Origin: an uncultured delta proteobacterium
GTDB lineage: Bacteria > Desulfobacterota > BSN033 > UBA1163
Length of the DNA stretch: 64,000 nucleotides
NCBI GenBank assembly: GCA_963827685.1
Contig: CAWHBU010000002.1
Span: 480,001 to 544,000 of the forward strand
Direction of reading: 5' to 3'
This document shows, piece by piece, positions 40,006 to 49,786 of this stretch (position 1 is its first letter; the number at the start of each line of letters is the position of its first letter). The position numbers were made by a program, and so were the translations under genes. The notes below the pieces were generated by a model. It worked only from the letters and a program-made list of their open reading frames with translations. It was not told the origin of the DNA and ran no database searches.

Positions 40006-40021
40006 TGCAAGTTTCATTCCA
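40006..40021 (-). promoter_or_regulatory. Putative sigma54 promoter of the chemosensory operon
   Basis: TGGAAT-GAAAC-TTGCA, GG-N10-GC; palindrome TGACGAAAAGTGTCA at 40199-40213. Confidence 0.55.
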
Positions 40022-40663
40022 GGACTCTATCCCTTGATCGATGTTGACTCCATTTGTCCCCAGCGACCTGGAACTTATCCACAAATTCCTCAGTTAAACC
40101 CTATCCTTCCATAGGTTGGGGCGTCCGTTCGCATCTCAATCAGACCTATTCAAACCCGGAGGCAAGGGAAATTCTGGGAGGACAAAGAGGTCTGAAAGTG
40201 ACGAAAAGTGTCAATGAAGAGCGAATTCGTCAGTATTTTTGCCTATCTTCCTCAGGGGTTACTATACGATCCACATGGCGCCGAGGGATCTTCGGGTGAG
40301 AGGGCCTAAGCACCAGTCATGGCAGAGAAAAAGTTTCAGTTTGACCGGAAATTCCCTTGCAGGTAGTATTGAGAAACATGCTTTTTCTACCCGTATCCTG
40401 AGGTTCACTGGAAAGTTTCTAATCAATTGTGAGGCTTCTTTTCGTCCATGGGGGTAACTCATAACGACTGGCGACTTGCACGCTTGCGAAAAAGTCTGAG
40501 GCCTATGGTCTTACCGTCTGAATCACAGTAAGGTTTGAGTTAGAAATGCTTGCTTCGAGAATAGCTGCGTCTGTTTTAATGAGAGTAAGACATCGGGACA
40601 ATCTGGGTAAAAGCAGGGTTAGCCGCTTCCTCGGAAGTCAGAGTTGTGGCATTTAAGCTCCCG

Positions 40664-40817
40664 AAAATAGACATTGAAAAAGACAAACCCCAAAAACTCC
40701 CCTCCCCAGGCGGGAGGGGAGTAAGGGGAGGGGGATAAAAAAGGTGATAATGCACCCTCACCCCAGCCCTCTCCCGTCAAGGGAGAGGGAGAACTGGATT
40801 GAGTCAATGTCTATTTT
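40664..40817. mobile_element. MITE-like element with 14-bp perfect terminal inverted repeats
   Basis: AAAATAGACATTGA / TCAATGTCTATTTT; internal CCCTCTCCC-GTCAA-GGGAGAGGG hairpin. Confidence 0.65.
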
Positions 40818-40901
40818 TGCAATCTTTTTGATATTTCCTGCATTTTTGTTTAAGATTATCTTAATTCCTTTTGAGCTCTTTAACAGCGCAGGGGAGGGCT
40901 T

Positions 40902-41615
40902 ATGAAGTCTTCAAAATCTTCATTTACCTTCAAATCCTTCCAAGACTTAAGAGCTTTGCTCGAAGGCAAGCTTTCTTCTCTTCCAGAGCGACATCATTCC
41001 GATCTCATCGATCATGAGGAAAAACAGAATCCTGAATTGGAGGAAGAACTTTTTAAGAAGGCTATGGAAGGTGTGGCGCCGATCTCAAGGGACAAGTATG
41101 TAGAGAGAATTTTTCAAATCGAATTGCCCCAAAGCTCCAGAGATAAAGAGGATGCCGAAACATTGGAGAAGCTCACAGATCTCGTGAAGTATGGAAGGGG
41201 TTTTATTGTCGCTGACACGCCCGAATATATCGAAGGCACAGGGTATCAAGTCCATCCAGCCGTTGCAAAACGTCTGCACCGGGGGGATTATTCGATCCAG
41301 GCATTTGTGGATCTTCACGGTCTACTCGCAGAGGATGCAAGAGAAGTTTTTGAAAAATTCTTAAAATGGGCCGTGATGACTGGTAAGACCGGCGTTTTGA
41401 TTGTCCATGGCCGCGGTCTCTGTTCACCTTCCGAGCCTGTCCTGAAGAAAAAGGTTGTAGAATGGCTCACCCGTGGCCCTTGGCGGAAATGGGTTGCAGC
41501 TTATTGTAGCGCAAGAATCTGTGATGGCGGGGCAGGGGCGACCTATGTGTTGCTTAGGCCTCGTCCTTTTTCGAAGCGTTTGAAGATCAAGGCGGTGGGA
41601 GCAAAAAAGCGATGA
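40902..41615 (+). CDS. Smr domain protein
   Basis: LHRGDY, DLHG, VHGRGL.S, PVLK, GGAGATYVLLR. Confidence 0.9.
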   Translation: MKSSKSSFTFKSFQDLRALLEGKLSSLPERHHSDLIDHEEKQNPELEEELFKKAMEGVAPISRDKYVERIFQIELPQSSRDKEDAETLEKLTDLVKYGRGFIVADTPEYIEGTGYQVHPAVAKRLHRGDYSIQAFVDLHGLLAEDAREVFEKFLKWAVMTGKTGVLIVHGRGLCSPSEPVLKKKVVEWLTRGPWRKWVAAYCSARICDGGAGATYVLLRPRPFSKRLKIKAVGAKKR

Positions 41616-41812
41616 AGTGCAGAAGTCACCCTGACCGAGAGGCAATTGGGGTCTGCCAGAAACACGATGCTGGATTCTGCCAGGAGTGTTGTGAGTGCCT
41701 CAACATTGATCATTGCTGTGAATGCATGGATCCGGTGCTTTACTGCAAGTTCAGAACTCAGTGCATCATCTGGGAGATGTCAAGAGACCGAAGGAAGAAA
41801 GAGATATTGTGA
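41612..41812 (+). CDS. Small Cys-rich (B-box-like) protein
   Basis: C..HP...A.G.C.KH...C.EC, then CEC.DP.LYCKFR.QC; ATGA overlap with the smr stop. Confidence 0.65.
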   Translation: MKCRSHPDREAIGVCQKHDAGFCQECCECLNIDHCCECMDPVLYCKFRTQCIIWEMSRDRRKKEIL

Positions 41813-41949
41813 CACGAGGACGCGGTGAAGGGGAGATGGAGTGACGCGGTGAGGGAAGCCCAATATTTAAGAATGATCGGGATGGAGAAGACTTCCTTAC
41901 CCGAAGAGATCCTTGTTTAAATTGCGGTCAACAACAAGAAAGGGCTTTT

Positions 41950-42222
41950 ATGAAAGGTTTATGGATTATATTCTTAAGTGTTTTTATTGCCGAGCTTGGA
42001 GACAAAACACAACTGGCAACTTTAACGTTTTCAGTAGACCAACAAATAAACAAATAGGGAATTTTTGCAGTTTCTTCTTTGGCTTTGGTATTATCGTCGT
42101 TGATTTCCGTAGTAGTGGGTAGCCAATTGACTCATTGGATCAACCCTAAAATGTTGAAGATAATTGCCGGCTTGGGATTTATCGGAATTGGTATTTTTAC
42201 TCTAATGAGTATAAAAAATTGA
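41950..42222 (+). pseudogene. TMEM165/GDT1 (UPF0016) family protein with in-frame TAG
   Basis: Hand translation MKGLWIIFLSVFIAELGDKTQLAT...INK*GIFAVSSLAL...GLGFIGIG; TAG at 42055-42057. Confidence 0.85.
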
Positions 42223-42333
42223 ACACGCCGAGAACAAGGTCCGAGCTTGGGTTACTGAGTCATCAGGCATTCGTAACTTGAAGCTTAAGACGGTTACGGA
42301 ATGGACGATAGCCTTAGCTCTTTGCCGTTTACG

Positions 42334-43248
42334 TTAATAGGCTCGACAATAGGGAAGCCAGCGGTTTTCTCTCATTAAAAGGCGGGTGGTGTTGTCGCCC
42401 TGTTGGGAAGGACGTCCGTGATTGACGGGGGAGGGGATTTCCCCTTTTTGAAAAACGTCATATTCAGGATCCCATGGAAAAATGATAAGGGGTCCGCTTG
42501 TTACCTTGGTGAGGATAGGGAGGATAGGGCGGATATCCTCCTTTCTTTGAGAGTTGAACACCTCGTCAATGCTCTTGAATCTGGAAAGATCCTCAAGAGT
42601 TTTCAGGGTAGGGGGGCTCAGGATTACATCTCCTCTCAGATTCTCCTCAAGAGCTTTTTTCGGAGTGATCCATATTCCAGCCGTCGTCTCCTTCTGATCG
42701 TGACTTGCTTCCTGTCCTGAAGGATAACGTGTTAAGAAGAAGCGAGTATCGAACCGTTGGGATTGAGCTTCTGGTGTGATCCAATGAGCGTAATAATAGA
42801 GCTGGTCGAAAGCCAATAGAAGATTTTCCTTCTGTGCCATTTCGCAGATATTTGTTTTGCCCTCTTGGAGCAATTTTCGGTAATGTAAATATTTTCCCCG
42901 CTCATCCCGATCTCGCAGTTGAAAAAGATTCCCCTTCTGATCATACGCGAGAAGCACCCCTGCTTCTTCAAAGAGTTCCCGAATCGCCGCGACCCAATGT
43001 GCAAAGCTCTCCTCCGGAGAGAAAGTTCCTCCGAGAATCTTTTGTGCCCCCTCAAATGTCATTCCTTTTGAAAGGGAGCATGTTTCTAAGGATCCGTCAT
43101 CTCGGTCAACTCTCCCCCCAGGATAAACATAATTCCCCCCCATAAAACTGCTTTTCTCGTGCCGTTTGAGGAGAAATACGTCAAACCCTCCGGGTTCCTT
43201 ATTCCTTAGAAGAATGACTGTTGCTGCCTTCTTGGGAACGACCGCCAT
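42334..43248 (-). CDS. NUDIX hydrolase (NUDT19-like)
   Basis: AATVILLR, YPGG.VD, AIRELFEEAG, HWITP..RFDTRFF, PPT. Confidence 0.88.
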   Translation of the reverse strand: MAVVPKKAATVILLRNKEPGGFDVFLLKRHEKSSFMGGNYVYPGGRVDRDDGSLETCSLSKGMTFEGAQKILGGTFSPEESFAHWVAAIRELFEEAGVLLAYDQKGNLFQLRDRDERGKYLHYRKLLQEGKTNICEMAQKENLLLAFDQLYYYAHWITPEAQSQRFDTRFFLTRYPSGQEASHDQKETTAGIWITPKKALEENLRGDVILSPPTLKTLEDLSRFKSIDEVFNSQRKEDIRPILPILTKVTSGPLIIFPWDPEYDVFQKGEIPSPVNHGRPSQQGDNTTRLLMRENRWLPYCRAY

Positions 43249-43901
43249 TATTCGATCCATCGTACAAATTTCTCAAGATTGTCTCTTTGAGATTTAAATC
43301 GGTTGATGGGGATATCCCAATCCGGGTACCCTAAAGCCACGCCAACCACCACATTCTTATTCTCCTGAATATTGAGGAGGTCTTTGATCTCATCTTCGTA
43401 GGCAGTGATTAAACCAATGGGACATGTCCCCAATCCGAATTCATGGGCAGTGAGAACTAAGTATCCCAAGGCTATGCCAATATCCACCATACTGGCGTTT
43501 GGAAAGGAGTCATCCAAGCAGAGGAGAATGGCCGCAGGAGCCCCATAAAAGTTACAGCTTCCTTCATTGATATATTGGTCAACATCAACTCCCATTTCTT
43601 CGAAAAAGGGCTTCATCAATGTGAGGGTTTTGGCCCCTCTCTTTCCATACGTTTTGGGCAAGGGCTTGACGTTTCCGGGACTGCAAGGAATTTGTTTTTC
43701 ATGGTAGGCCTTGATCAGCCTGCGACTCAGCCTCGCTTTTTCCTCTCCGGTCACGGCAATAAATTCCCAGGGCTGGAGATTGATGGCGGAGGGGGCATGA
43801 ACCGTTAACCTTAAAATTTCTTCGATCGTCTCCTTTGGAACTGGCTCCGCCCTAAATGCCCTGATGCTCCGTCTCTCATTCATCGCTTTGAGCAAATCCA
43901 T
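43248..43901 (-). CDS. Nitroreductase family protein
   Basis: RRSIRAF, APSAINLQPW, FYGAP, GLGTC. Confidence 0.92.
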   Translation of the reverse strand: MDLLKAMNERRSIRAFRAEPVPKETIEEILRLTVHAPSAINLQPWEFIAVTGEEKARLSRRLIKAYHEKQIPCSPGNVKPLPKTYGKRGAKTLTLMKPFFEEMGVDVDQYINEGSCNFYGAPAAILLCLDDSFPNASMVDIGIALGYLVLTAHEFGLGTCPIGLITAYEDEIKDLLNIQENKNVVVGVALGYPDWDIPINRFKSQRDNLEKFVRWIE

Positions 43902-44369
43902 AGTAAACTCCTTTTTGTTCTCAAGAACAAATATTCTTTTTGAAGCGTACCTTATCCAACTTTACACTGTCAAGGCGGTATGTATTGAGGCTTGACATTA
44001 TTTTGAACCACCGCTATTTTGAAATCACATGTCCCCCCTTTCCCCCCCCTGAAGCTGTGAAAAAATTCGGGGAGCCGGGCGGGCAAGAATATCTCCAAAG
44101 TTTTACAAATGCGGTTGCCTGAGAGGGTAAAGGTAACAAAAGTCTGTGAGTGGTCAATAGGTGGGAGGGTTTTTCATTATAAGTAATCAACGTGAAGTGG
44201 TACCGCTGTAAAACTTTGGAAGCTTGTTTAGCTTCCCCTTCGGGGCCGACATCCCTGCCCGCCCTTTGCACAGGGGACAATTTTTTGACACCTTCCCTTT
44301 GCTGAAGGGGCGGTGGGGGAATTTTGGGACAATCGAGAAGGTGCTTTACAAAAAGGAGGACTTAAAGAA

Positions 44370-44717
44370 ATGATTAGAGCAAAATTATGGTTTCGCTGTG
44401 CGGCCATGCATGATCCAGTCACTCCGATCGTTGTGCAGCCCGCTGTGATCGGATGGGAGGCGAAGGAGAGGCGGGTTGAGCTGAAGATTGAGAGGGCATT
44501 TAACGGGGAGGAGTTGGTTCGCCGAATGAAAGGCTGGGTGACCGCCGATCCGTCGCAAGTGATCGAGGTCATTCGTCAGTTTGGGAGGTTAAAGGTTTTG
44601 GATGATAGAATGCTGGTTGTTGAATTAGAGAGAATGGAAGATTTTCAGAATCTCCAGAAGGCCCTTTTTGAAGCATTTGGTAAAGAAATGGAAGCCGAAT
44701 TGATGGTTAAAAAATAA
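44370..44717 (+). CDS. Hypothetical protein
   Basis: RBS AGGAGG; AKLWFRCAAMHDPV.P. Confidence 0.7.
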   Translation: MIRAKLWFRCAAMHDPVTPIVVQPAVIGWEAKERRVELKIERAFNGEELVRRMKGWVTADPSQVIEVIRQFGRLKVLDDRMLVVELERMEDFQNLQKALFEAFGKEMEAELMVKK

Positions 44718-44724
44718 TCTTGCC

Positions 44725-45150
44725 TCACCCTTTCTTTGGAGGCATGCTCCAGCCTGTTCCATCCACCACTATCTCACCATTTTGATTCGTACAAGTGGTT
44801 TTGAACTTTACTCGATTTTTTTCTGGGATCAGTTCAATCACCTCTACCTTCGCTGTAATGATATCCCCGATCCTCACCGGGGCGAGAAACTTGACCTCTT
44901 GGGAGAGATAGATACCGCCAGGTCCGGGAAGGAGATTTCCCAACACGCTGGAGATATACCCAATCGAGAGGGTGCCGTGGGCGATCCTTCCTTTAAAGTA
45001 TGTTTTTTCTGCATAAGTTTGGTCGAGATGGATGGGATTAAAATCACCTGTTGCCTTAGCAAAATCATTGATTACCGTTTCCGTAATGGTGTTAGAGATT
45101 TGGGCAGAGTCTCCAATTTTGATCTCATCAATCGTTTTTCCTTCGGGCAT
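44725..45150 (-). CDS. MaoC-like (R)-specific enoyl-CoA hydratase
   Basis: TGDFNPIHLD, RIAHG, LPGPGGIYLSQ, FLAPV. Confidence 0.92.
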   Translation of the reverse strand: MPEGKTIDEIKIGDSAQISNTITETVINDFAKATGDFNPIHLDQTYAEKTYFKGRIAHGTLSIGYISSVLGNLLPGPGGIYLSQEVKFLAPVRIGDIITAKVEVIELIPEKNRVKFKTTCTNQNGEIVVDGTGWSMPPKKG

Positions 45151-45155
45151 AAAGA

Positions 45156-46010
45156 CTATACCTCCAGAAATTTAAGTATGGCTTGGTCACGCCTCTTGTT
45201 GGGCTGGAATAAGATGGAATAATGATTGGTTCCTTCCACATCTACCCTCTTAGCGTTTGGTATCTCACGAACCATCCGGTCTGCCACCCCCCCGGGGAGC
45301 AAGAGATCATCCCCGGCCAGCATCCCTTTTGTGGCCCGCAAAATCAAAGTTGGAGCTTTTACCCTCTTATAGAATTTCCTTGAATCAACTTTCCTTAGGT
45401 TCTTGGCTTCTTCCGCAATATGTTTTGGGTGAACGCGAGAGCGTACACCGGCCTTCACCTTTTCTACCTCATAGCGGAAATAAGTCTCCATACAAGAATT
45501 CCACGGTTGTAAATAGGGGGCTTGCTTCATCTGAGAGAGATAGACCTTAATGGAAGGAAAGATCTGTCCCAAACGATCCAGAGACGGTTTGATCCCCGCA
45601 AAGACCTTGGCCATTTGAGCCTTTGTCAGCTTTCCTCCTCCGTCGACTAAGATCAATTGACCGACTCTTCGAGGATATCGGGCTGCAAAGGCGAGCGAAA
45701 TGAACGCTCCAAGGGAATGGCCCATAAGCACGGGCCGCTCCAAGCCCTGATCGTTCATCAGGGCTAAGATATCTTTGCAATGGTGCTGTATTGAATATCC
45801 GGTATGGGGTTTGTCTGAGAGTCCTCTCCCTCGAAGATCCATGGCTATCACCCTGTGATGGGGGGCGAGAGCCGAGGCCAGACAATCCCAGAAGCGGCAG
45901 TTAGCTGTAATGCCATGAACACAAAGAATCTGTTTTCCCTTTCCTTTCCAGACTGCCAGCTGAATTTTAATGCCATCACCTTTGGCTTTTATCATGATTG
46001 GTCCGGGCAT
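45156..46010 (-). CDS. Alpha/beta hydrolase
   Basis: HGIT, DLRGRG.S, GHSLG, NH. Confidence 0.9.
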   Translation of the reverse strand: MPGPIMIKAKGDGIKIQLAVWKGKGKQILCVHGITANCRFWDCLASALAPHHRVIAMDLRGRGLSDKPHTGYSIQHHCKDILALMNDQGLERPVLMGHSLGAFISLAFAARYPRRVGQLILVDGGGKLTKAQMAKVFAGIKPSLDRLGQIFPSIKVYLSQMKQAPYLQPWNSCMETYFRYEVEKVKAGVRSRVHPKHIAEEAKNLRKVDSRKFYKRVKAPTLILRATKGMLAGDDLLLPGGVADRMVREIPNAKRVDVEGTNHYSILFQPNKRRDQAILKFLEV

Positions 46011-46039
46011 TGTGCATTCTCCTCCTCACTCAATTCATT

Positions 46040-47134
46040 CTATTCTACTTTTCTTCTGGAGACGATGTCTTGAGCAGTCCCCACCACCCCTTTTGGGAAA
46101 AAGTAGACGATCAAGATAAAAAGAAGTCCGAAATAAAAAAGCCACCGCTCGGATAACCTTACTGCAAAAGGAACACCTGGCAGTAAGGAACCGATAAGGG
46201 TCTGCAACTTTGGGAGGAAGGCCCGGGTGATCATTAAAAAAGCGGCCCCGAAAATTCCTCCATAAATCGTTCCCATCCCTCCCACAATGACCATCAAGAG
46301 GACGTCCAACATGATGGAGACGCTCACGCTTGAATCCGGACTCACGTAGCACACCCAGATAGCAAAACAGGCACCGGTGACAGCGGCAACGCAGCTCGCG
46401 AAAGAGGAAGCGATGACCTGAAAAAGATAAGTTCTGTAACCTAACGCAATGGATCGCTGTTCATTATCCCGAATAGATTGAAGAACCCGGCCAAGTGGGG
46501 AGTGGACGAAGCGAAGCATCGAGAGAAATAACACCAAACAAATGAGAAAGATGAGATAATAACTTACGATCCTCCCCGTTATCTCAATTCCCAGGAATCG
46601 GCCAAAGCTATAGTCGATAGCTAAAATATGAGGGAGTTTGAAACTGATTCCGTCCTCTCCACCCGTGATGGGCCTTAGTTGACTTGCCAGAATAGAGGTA
46701 AACTCCATGAAAGCTAATGTAATCATTGCAAAGAAAATGGCCCTGATCCGAAGTGAGAAAAAACCGATCAAAACAGAAAGAATACCCGATATGACGACGG
46801 CGATCAATACGGCCAAGGCTAAATATCCATAGGAGACCAATCCTAACTTCCCCACAAATATTCCCACCAGATAGGCCCCAATCCCAAAATACATAACGTG
46901 TCCTAGAGAAACGATCCCGGTATACCCAAGTATAATGTCGTAACTGGCCACCAAGGCAGAAAAGATGATGATCTTCAACACGACATCGAGAATTTCAAAA
47001 GAATGGAAAAGAAATGGAGTGACCAGGAAGAAGGTCAGCAAAAGGATCTTTAAGAAGAAGTAGGGGCTCCTGAAGCGATCTTCTTTCTCCCTTAGGCGGA
47101 ATCTTTGAACGGGATTCAGACTCTCTTTGTTCAA
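46040..47134 (-). CDS. Liv-type ABC transporter permease (LivM-like)
   Basis: GYTGIVSLGH, TGGEDG, SPLGR..IRDNE, VGGMG. Confidence 0.9.
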   Translation of the reverse strand: MNKESLNPVQRFRLREKEDRFRSPYFFLKILLLTFFLVTPFLFHSFEILDVVLKIIIFSALVASYDIILGYTGIVSLGHVMYFGIGAYLVGIFVGKLGLVSYGYLALAVLIAVVISGILSVLIGFFSLRIRAIFFAMITLAFMEFTSILASQLRPITGGEDGISFKLPHILAIDYSFGRFLGIEITGRIVSYYLIFLICLVLFLSMLRFVHSPLGRVLQSIRDNEQRSIALGYRTYLFQVIASSFASCVAAVTGACFAIWVCYVSPDSSVSVSIMLDVLLMVIVGGMGTIYGGIFGAAFLMITRAFLPKLQTLIGSLLPGVPFAVRLSERWLFYFGLLFILIVYFFPKGVVGTAQDIVSRRKVE

Positions 47135-47135
47135 A

Positions 47136-48122
47136 TTAGGTCCCCTCGGGAAACATCCCTGTTGGTCGAATCAAAAGAATAACGACGAGGAGAAGCATCG
47201 TAATCCCTAAGGCAGCCTTAGGGATCAGGTAGGCTACGTAATTATACGACAGCCCCACCATCAGGGCTCCCACGACGGAGCCGGTCATACTCCCAAGGCC
47301 ACCAATAATTGCCACGATCAAGGCGAAAACAATCACTTCTCCTCCCATGGCCGGGTTAATCGATTTCACGAAAGTGGCCCACATTCCTCCGCCAATGGCG
47401 GCCAGGGCAGAGCCAGCAGCAAAGACTCCTGTGAAGTATCGATAGACATTATGGCCCATCACCTGAACCATCTCTGGGTTTTCAACACCTGCGCGTACAA
47501 TCATCCCTAATCGCGTTCTTCTGAGGATGGTAAAAACAATGAAGTAAAGAATCAATCCAATTACGATAGCAATCAAAGGGTATTTCGATACGACCACATC
47601 GAAAAGATCCAAGGAACCGATGAAGTTAATGGGGACAGGCATCGGTTCGTCGTTAGGTCCCCATACAATCCGGATCAACTCCTCCAGCACAATCATGGCC
47701 CCTACGGTGATAAAGATCTGAAAGAGATGACTTCCATAAACAGGACGGATCACCAGCCTTTCAGTAACGACACCCAAGATCGCAACGCCGATAGCCGCCG
47801 CAACAAGGGCCAGAAGAAAGATAAGCATATTTGAAAAGATCGAGCTTGACTCTCCCCACCCGGTCCATTTGTTGATAAAAGAGAAGGCCGTGAAACCGAT
47901 GTAAGCCCCCCAGGCGAAAAGAGCTCCGTGGGCGAGATTTAGCACACTCATGAACCCGAAGATCAGCGAGAATCCAGAGGAGACCAAAAAGAGAAGCATC
48001 CCCATTGCCAGGCCAGAGATGGTCAGCGTAATGTAAGTTTTGGGACTGATGAATAGAACGGGCAATAAAAAGATGGCGATCACAGCAAATTTTGGAAGCC
48101 ATGATCTCCATTTAGGATTCAC
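47136..48122 (-). CDS. Liv-type ABC transporter permease (LivH-like)
   Basis: GFSLIFG..VLNLAHG, TRLG..VRAG, IGGLGS, RPTG. Confidence 0.9.
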   Translation of the reverse strand: MNPKWRSWLPKFAVIAIFLLPVLFISPKTYITLTISGLAMGMLLFLVSSGFSLIFGFMSVLNLAHGALFAWGAYIGFTAFSFINKWTGWGESSSIFSNMLIFLLALVAAAIGVAILGVVTERLVIRPVYGSHLFQIFITVGAMIVLEELIRIVWGPNDEPMPVPINFIGSLDLFDVVVSKYPLIAIVIGLILYFIVFTILRRTRLGMIVRAGVENPEMVQVMGHNVYRYFTGVFAAGSALAAIGGGMWATFVKSINPAMGGEVIVFALIVAIIGGLGSMTGSVVGALMVGLSYNYVAYLIPKAALGITMLLLVVILLIRPTGMFPEGT

Positions 48123-48139
48123 AGCGATTTCCTCCAGGC

Positions 48140-48853
48140 CTATCCAGAAATCCCTAAATACTTCTTCTTCAATTCCTCATTTCGAACTAACTCTTCCATT
48201 TGACCCTTGTGGACAGTTCTTCCATCATCAAAGAGGTGAAAATCGTTTCCCAACTTGCTGGCCATATAAAAGTTCTGCTCCACAAGGATAATCATCGCAT
48301 GTTCTTTCAGCCTGTGGATAGCTTCAATTAAATGCTCGATGATGATAGGAGCCAACCCTTTGGAAGGCTCATCAATGAGTAAAAGTTCATTTTTATTGAC
48401 GAGGGGGCGGGCAATGGCTAACATCTGCTTTTGACCACCGCTCAAGATGCCTGCTTTTGATTTCCAGAATTTTTTAAGGTCAGGGAAGATGCCTAAGATG
48501 AATTCCATTCTCTCTGAAGTTTTTTCCTTCTCTTGAAGCATCGCCACACGGAAGTTTTCCTCGACGGTTAGAAAATTGAAAAGACCTCGGTCCTCTGGAA
48601 CAAAGCCAATCCCTAAGCGAGCTATCTCAAAAGGCTTCATATTTTGAATGGCTCGATTCTTAAAGAGGATTCTGCCCTGGGATGGAGGAAGGAGTCCCAT
48701 GATCGACCGTAGGGTGGTAGTTTTCCCGGCCCCATTTCTTCCCAGGAGAACGGTTACTTCGCCGGGAAAGACCTCAAAGGATACACCCTGTAAGATGTGG
48801 TGTTTTCCAATGTAGGTATGAATTCCTTCAACCTGAAGGAGAGGATCAGGCAT
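48140..48853 (-). CDS. Liv-type ABC ATPase (LivF-like)
   Basis: GRNGAGKTT, LSGGQKQM, DEPSKGLAP, VEQN. Confidence 0.92.
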   Translation of the reverse strand: MPDPLLQVEGIHTYIGKHHILQGVSFEVFPGEVTVLLGRNGAGKTTTLRSIMGLLPPSQGRILFKNRAIQNMKPFEIARLGIGFVPEDRGLFNFLTVEENFRVAMLQEKEKTSERMEFILGIFPDLKKFWKSKAGILSGGQKQMLAIARPLVNKNELLLIDEPSKGLAPIIIEHLIEAIHRLKEHAMIILVEQNFYMASKLGNDFHLFDDGRTVHKGQMEELVRNEELKKKYLGISG

Positions 48854-49613
48854 GAGGACTTCCTCCACCGAAATAGGCCTCTTGAACTTCTCGATTCTTG
48901 CTGATGTCCACAGGAGGACCATCGGCGATCAGCTTTCCTTCATGAAGGACAGCGATGGAATCGGAGAGGGCCATCAACACATCCATTTTATGCTCAACCA
49001 GGAGGATCGTTTTGTCTCTTTTATTCTTTATTTGCTTCAGGAGTTCGAGGACGGAGGGAACTTCCTCAAGGGACATCCCGGCTGTGGGTTCGTCCAAGAG
49101 AAGCACCTCTGTCTCCAAAGCAAGGAGAATCGCGATTTCTAACTTGCGCTGTTCGCCGTGGGTGAGACTGCTTACTGGGACATTCCATTTCGCATCCAAC
49201 AAAACCATTTCCAAAAGCTCATAGGCACGGTCTTCGAATTCAGAAAAGGCGAGATAATTTTTCCAAAAGTTAAAACCAATATTTCTTTGAGATTGAACAG
49301 CCAATCGCACATTTTCTAAGACCGTCAACGTAGGAAAGACATTGGTCAATTGGAAGGACCTCCCGATACCGAGCTTTGTTCGAACGTCTGGTGAGACGTG
49401 AGAGATATCCCGACCCTTGAAAAAGACCTTACCCTCAGTAGGGGAATATTGCCCTGAAATCATATTGAAAAAAGTGGTCTTGCCTGCGCCATTCGGTCCG
49501 ATAATGGACTTAAAGGTATAAGGTAGGATTTGAAGATTGACATGATTGACGGCGATATGACCGCCGAATCGAATGGTGAGGTTCTTTGTTTCGATGACGG
49601 GAGGTTGGCTCAT
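48846..49613 (-). CDS. Liv-type ABC ATPase (LivG-like)
   Basis: GPNGAGKTT, RSFQ, HGEQR, DEPTAG, VEH. Confidence 0.92.
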   Translation of the reverse strand: MSQPPVIETKNLTIRFGGHIAVNHVNLQILPYTFKSIIGPNGAGKTTFFNMISGQYSPTEGKVFFKGRDISHVSPDVRTKLGIGRSFQLTNVFPTLTVLENVRLAVQSQRNIGFNFWKNYLAFSEFEDRAYELLEMVLLDAKWNVPVSSLTHGEQRKLEIAILLALETEVLLLDEPTAGMSLEEVPSVLELLKQIKNKRDKTILLVEHKMDVLMALSDSIAVLHEGKLIADGPPVDISKNREVQEAYFGGGSPHA

Positions 49614-49628
49614 ATTAGCTAAAAACTA

Positions 49629-49741
49629 TCCCCTCCCTTGGCGGATGGGGAGAAAGGGGAGGGGGCTGGTTTCCTTTATCCACCCCCACCCCTGCCTACC
49701 GGCAGGCAGGCTCGCCCTCCCCCATCGAAGGGGGAGGGGGA
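49629..49741. repeat. GC-rich palindromic REP-like element with nested CCTGCCTACCGGCAGGCAGG
   Basis: CCCTCCCCC-ATCGAA-GGGGGAGGG hairpin; nested 20-mer identical to ~20770-20789. Confidence 0.7.
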
Positions 49742-49786
49742 AATATTAAAGTGAGTGTTGGTTGGTAATGGATCTCTCCTCAATGG

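Noticed and set aside
40455-40510. ZTP riboswitch (GACTGGCGA)
   Set aside because: Lacks the GTGG/CCAC stem and the 3' CGCCTGGG pseudoknot partner.
44180-44320. T-box or cobalamin riboswitch (GTGGTACCGC and GC-rich stems)
   Set aside because: Other conserved elements are not found and the downstream gene does not fit; an Rfam scan would be needed.
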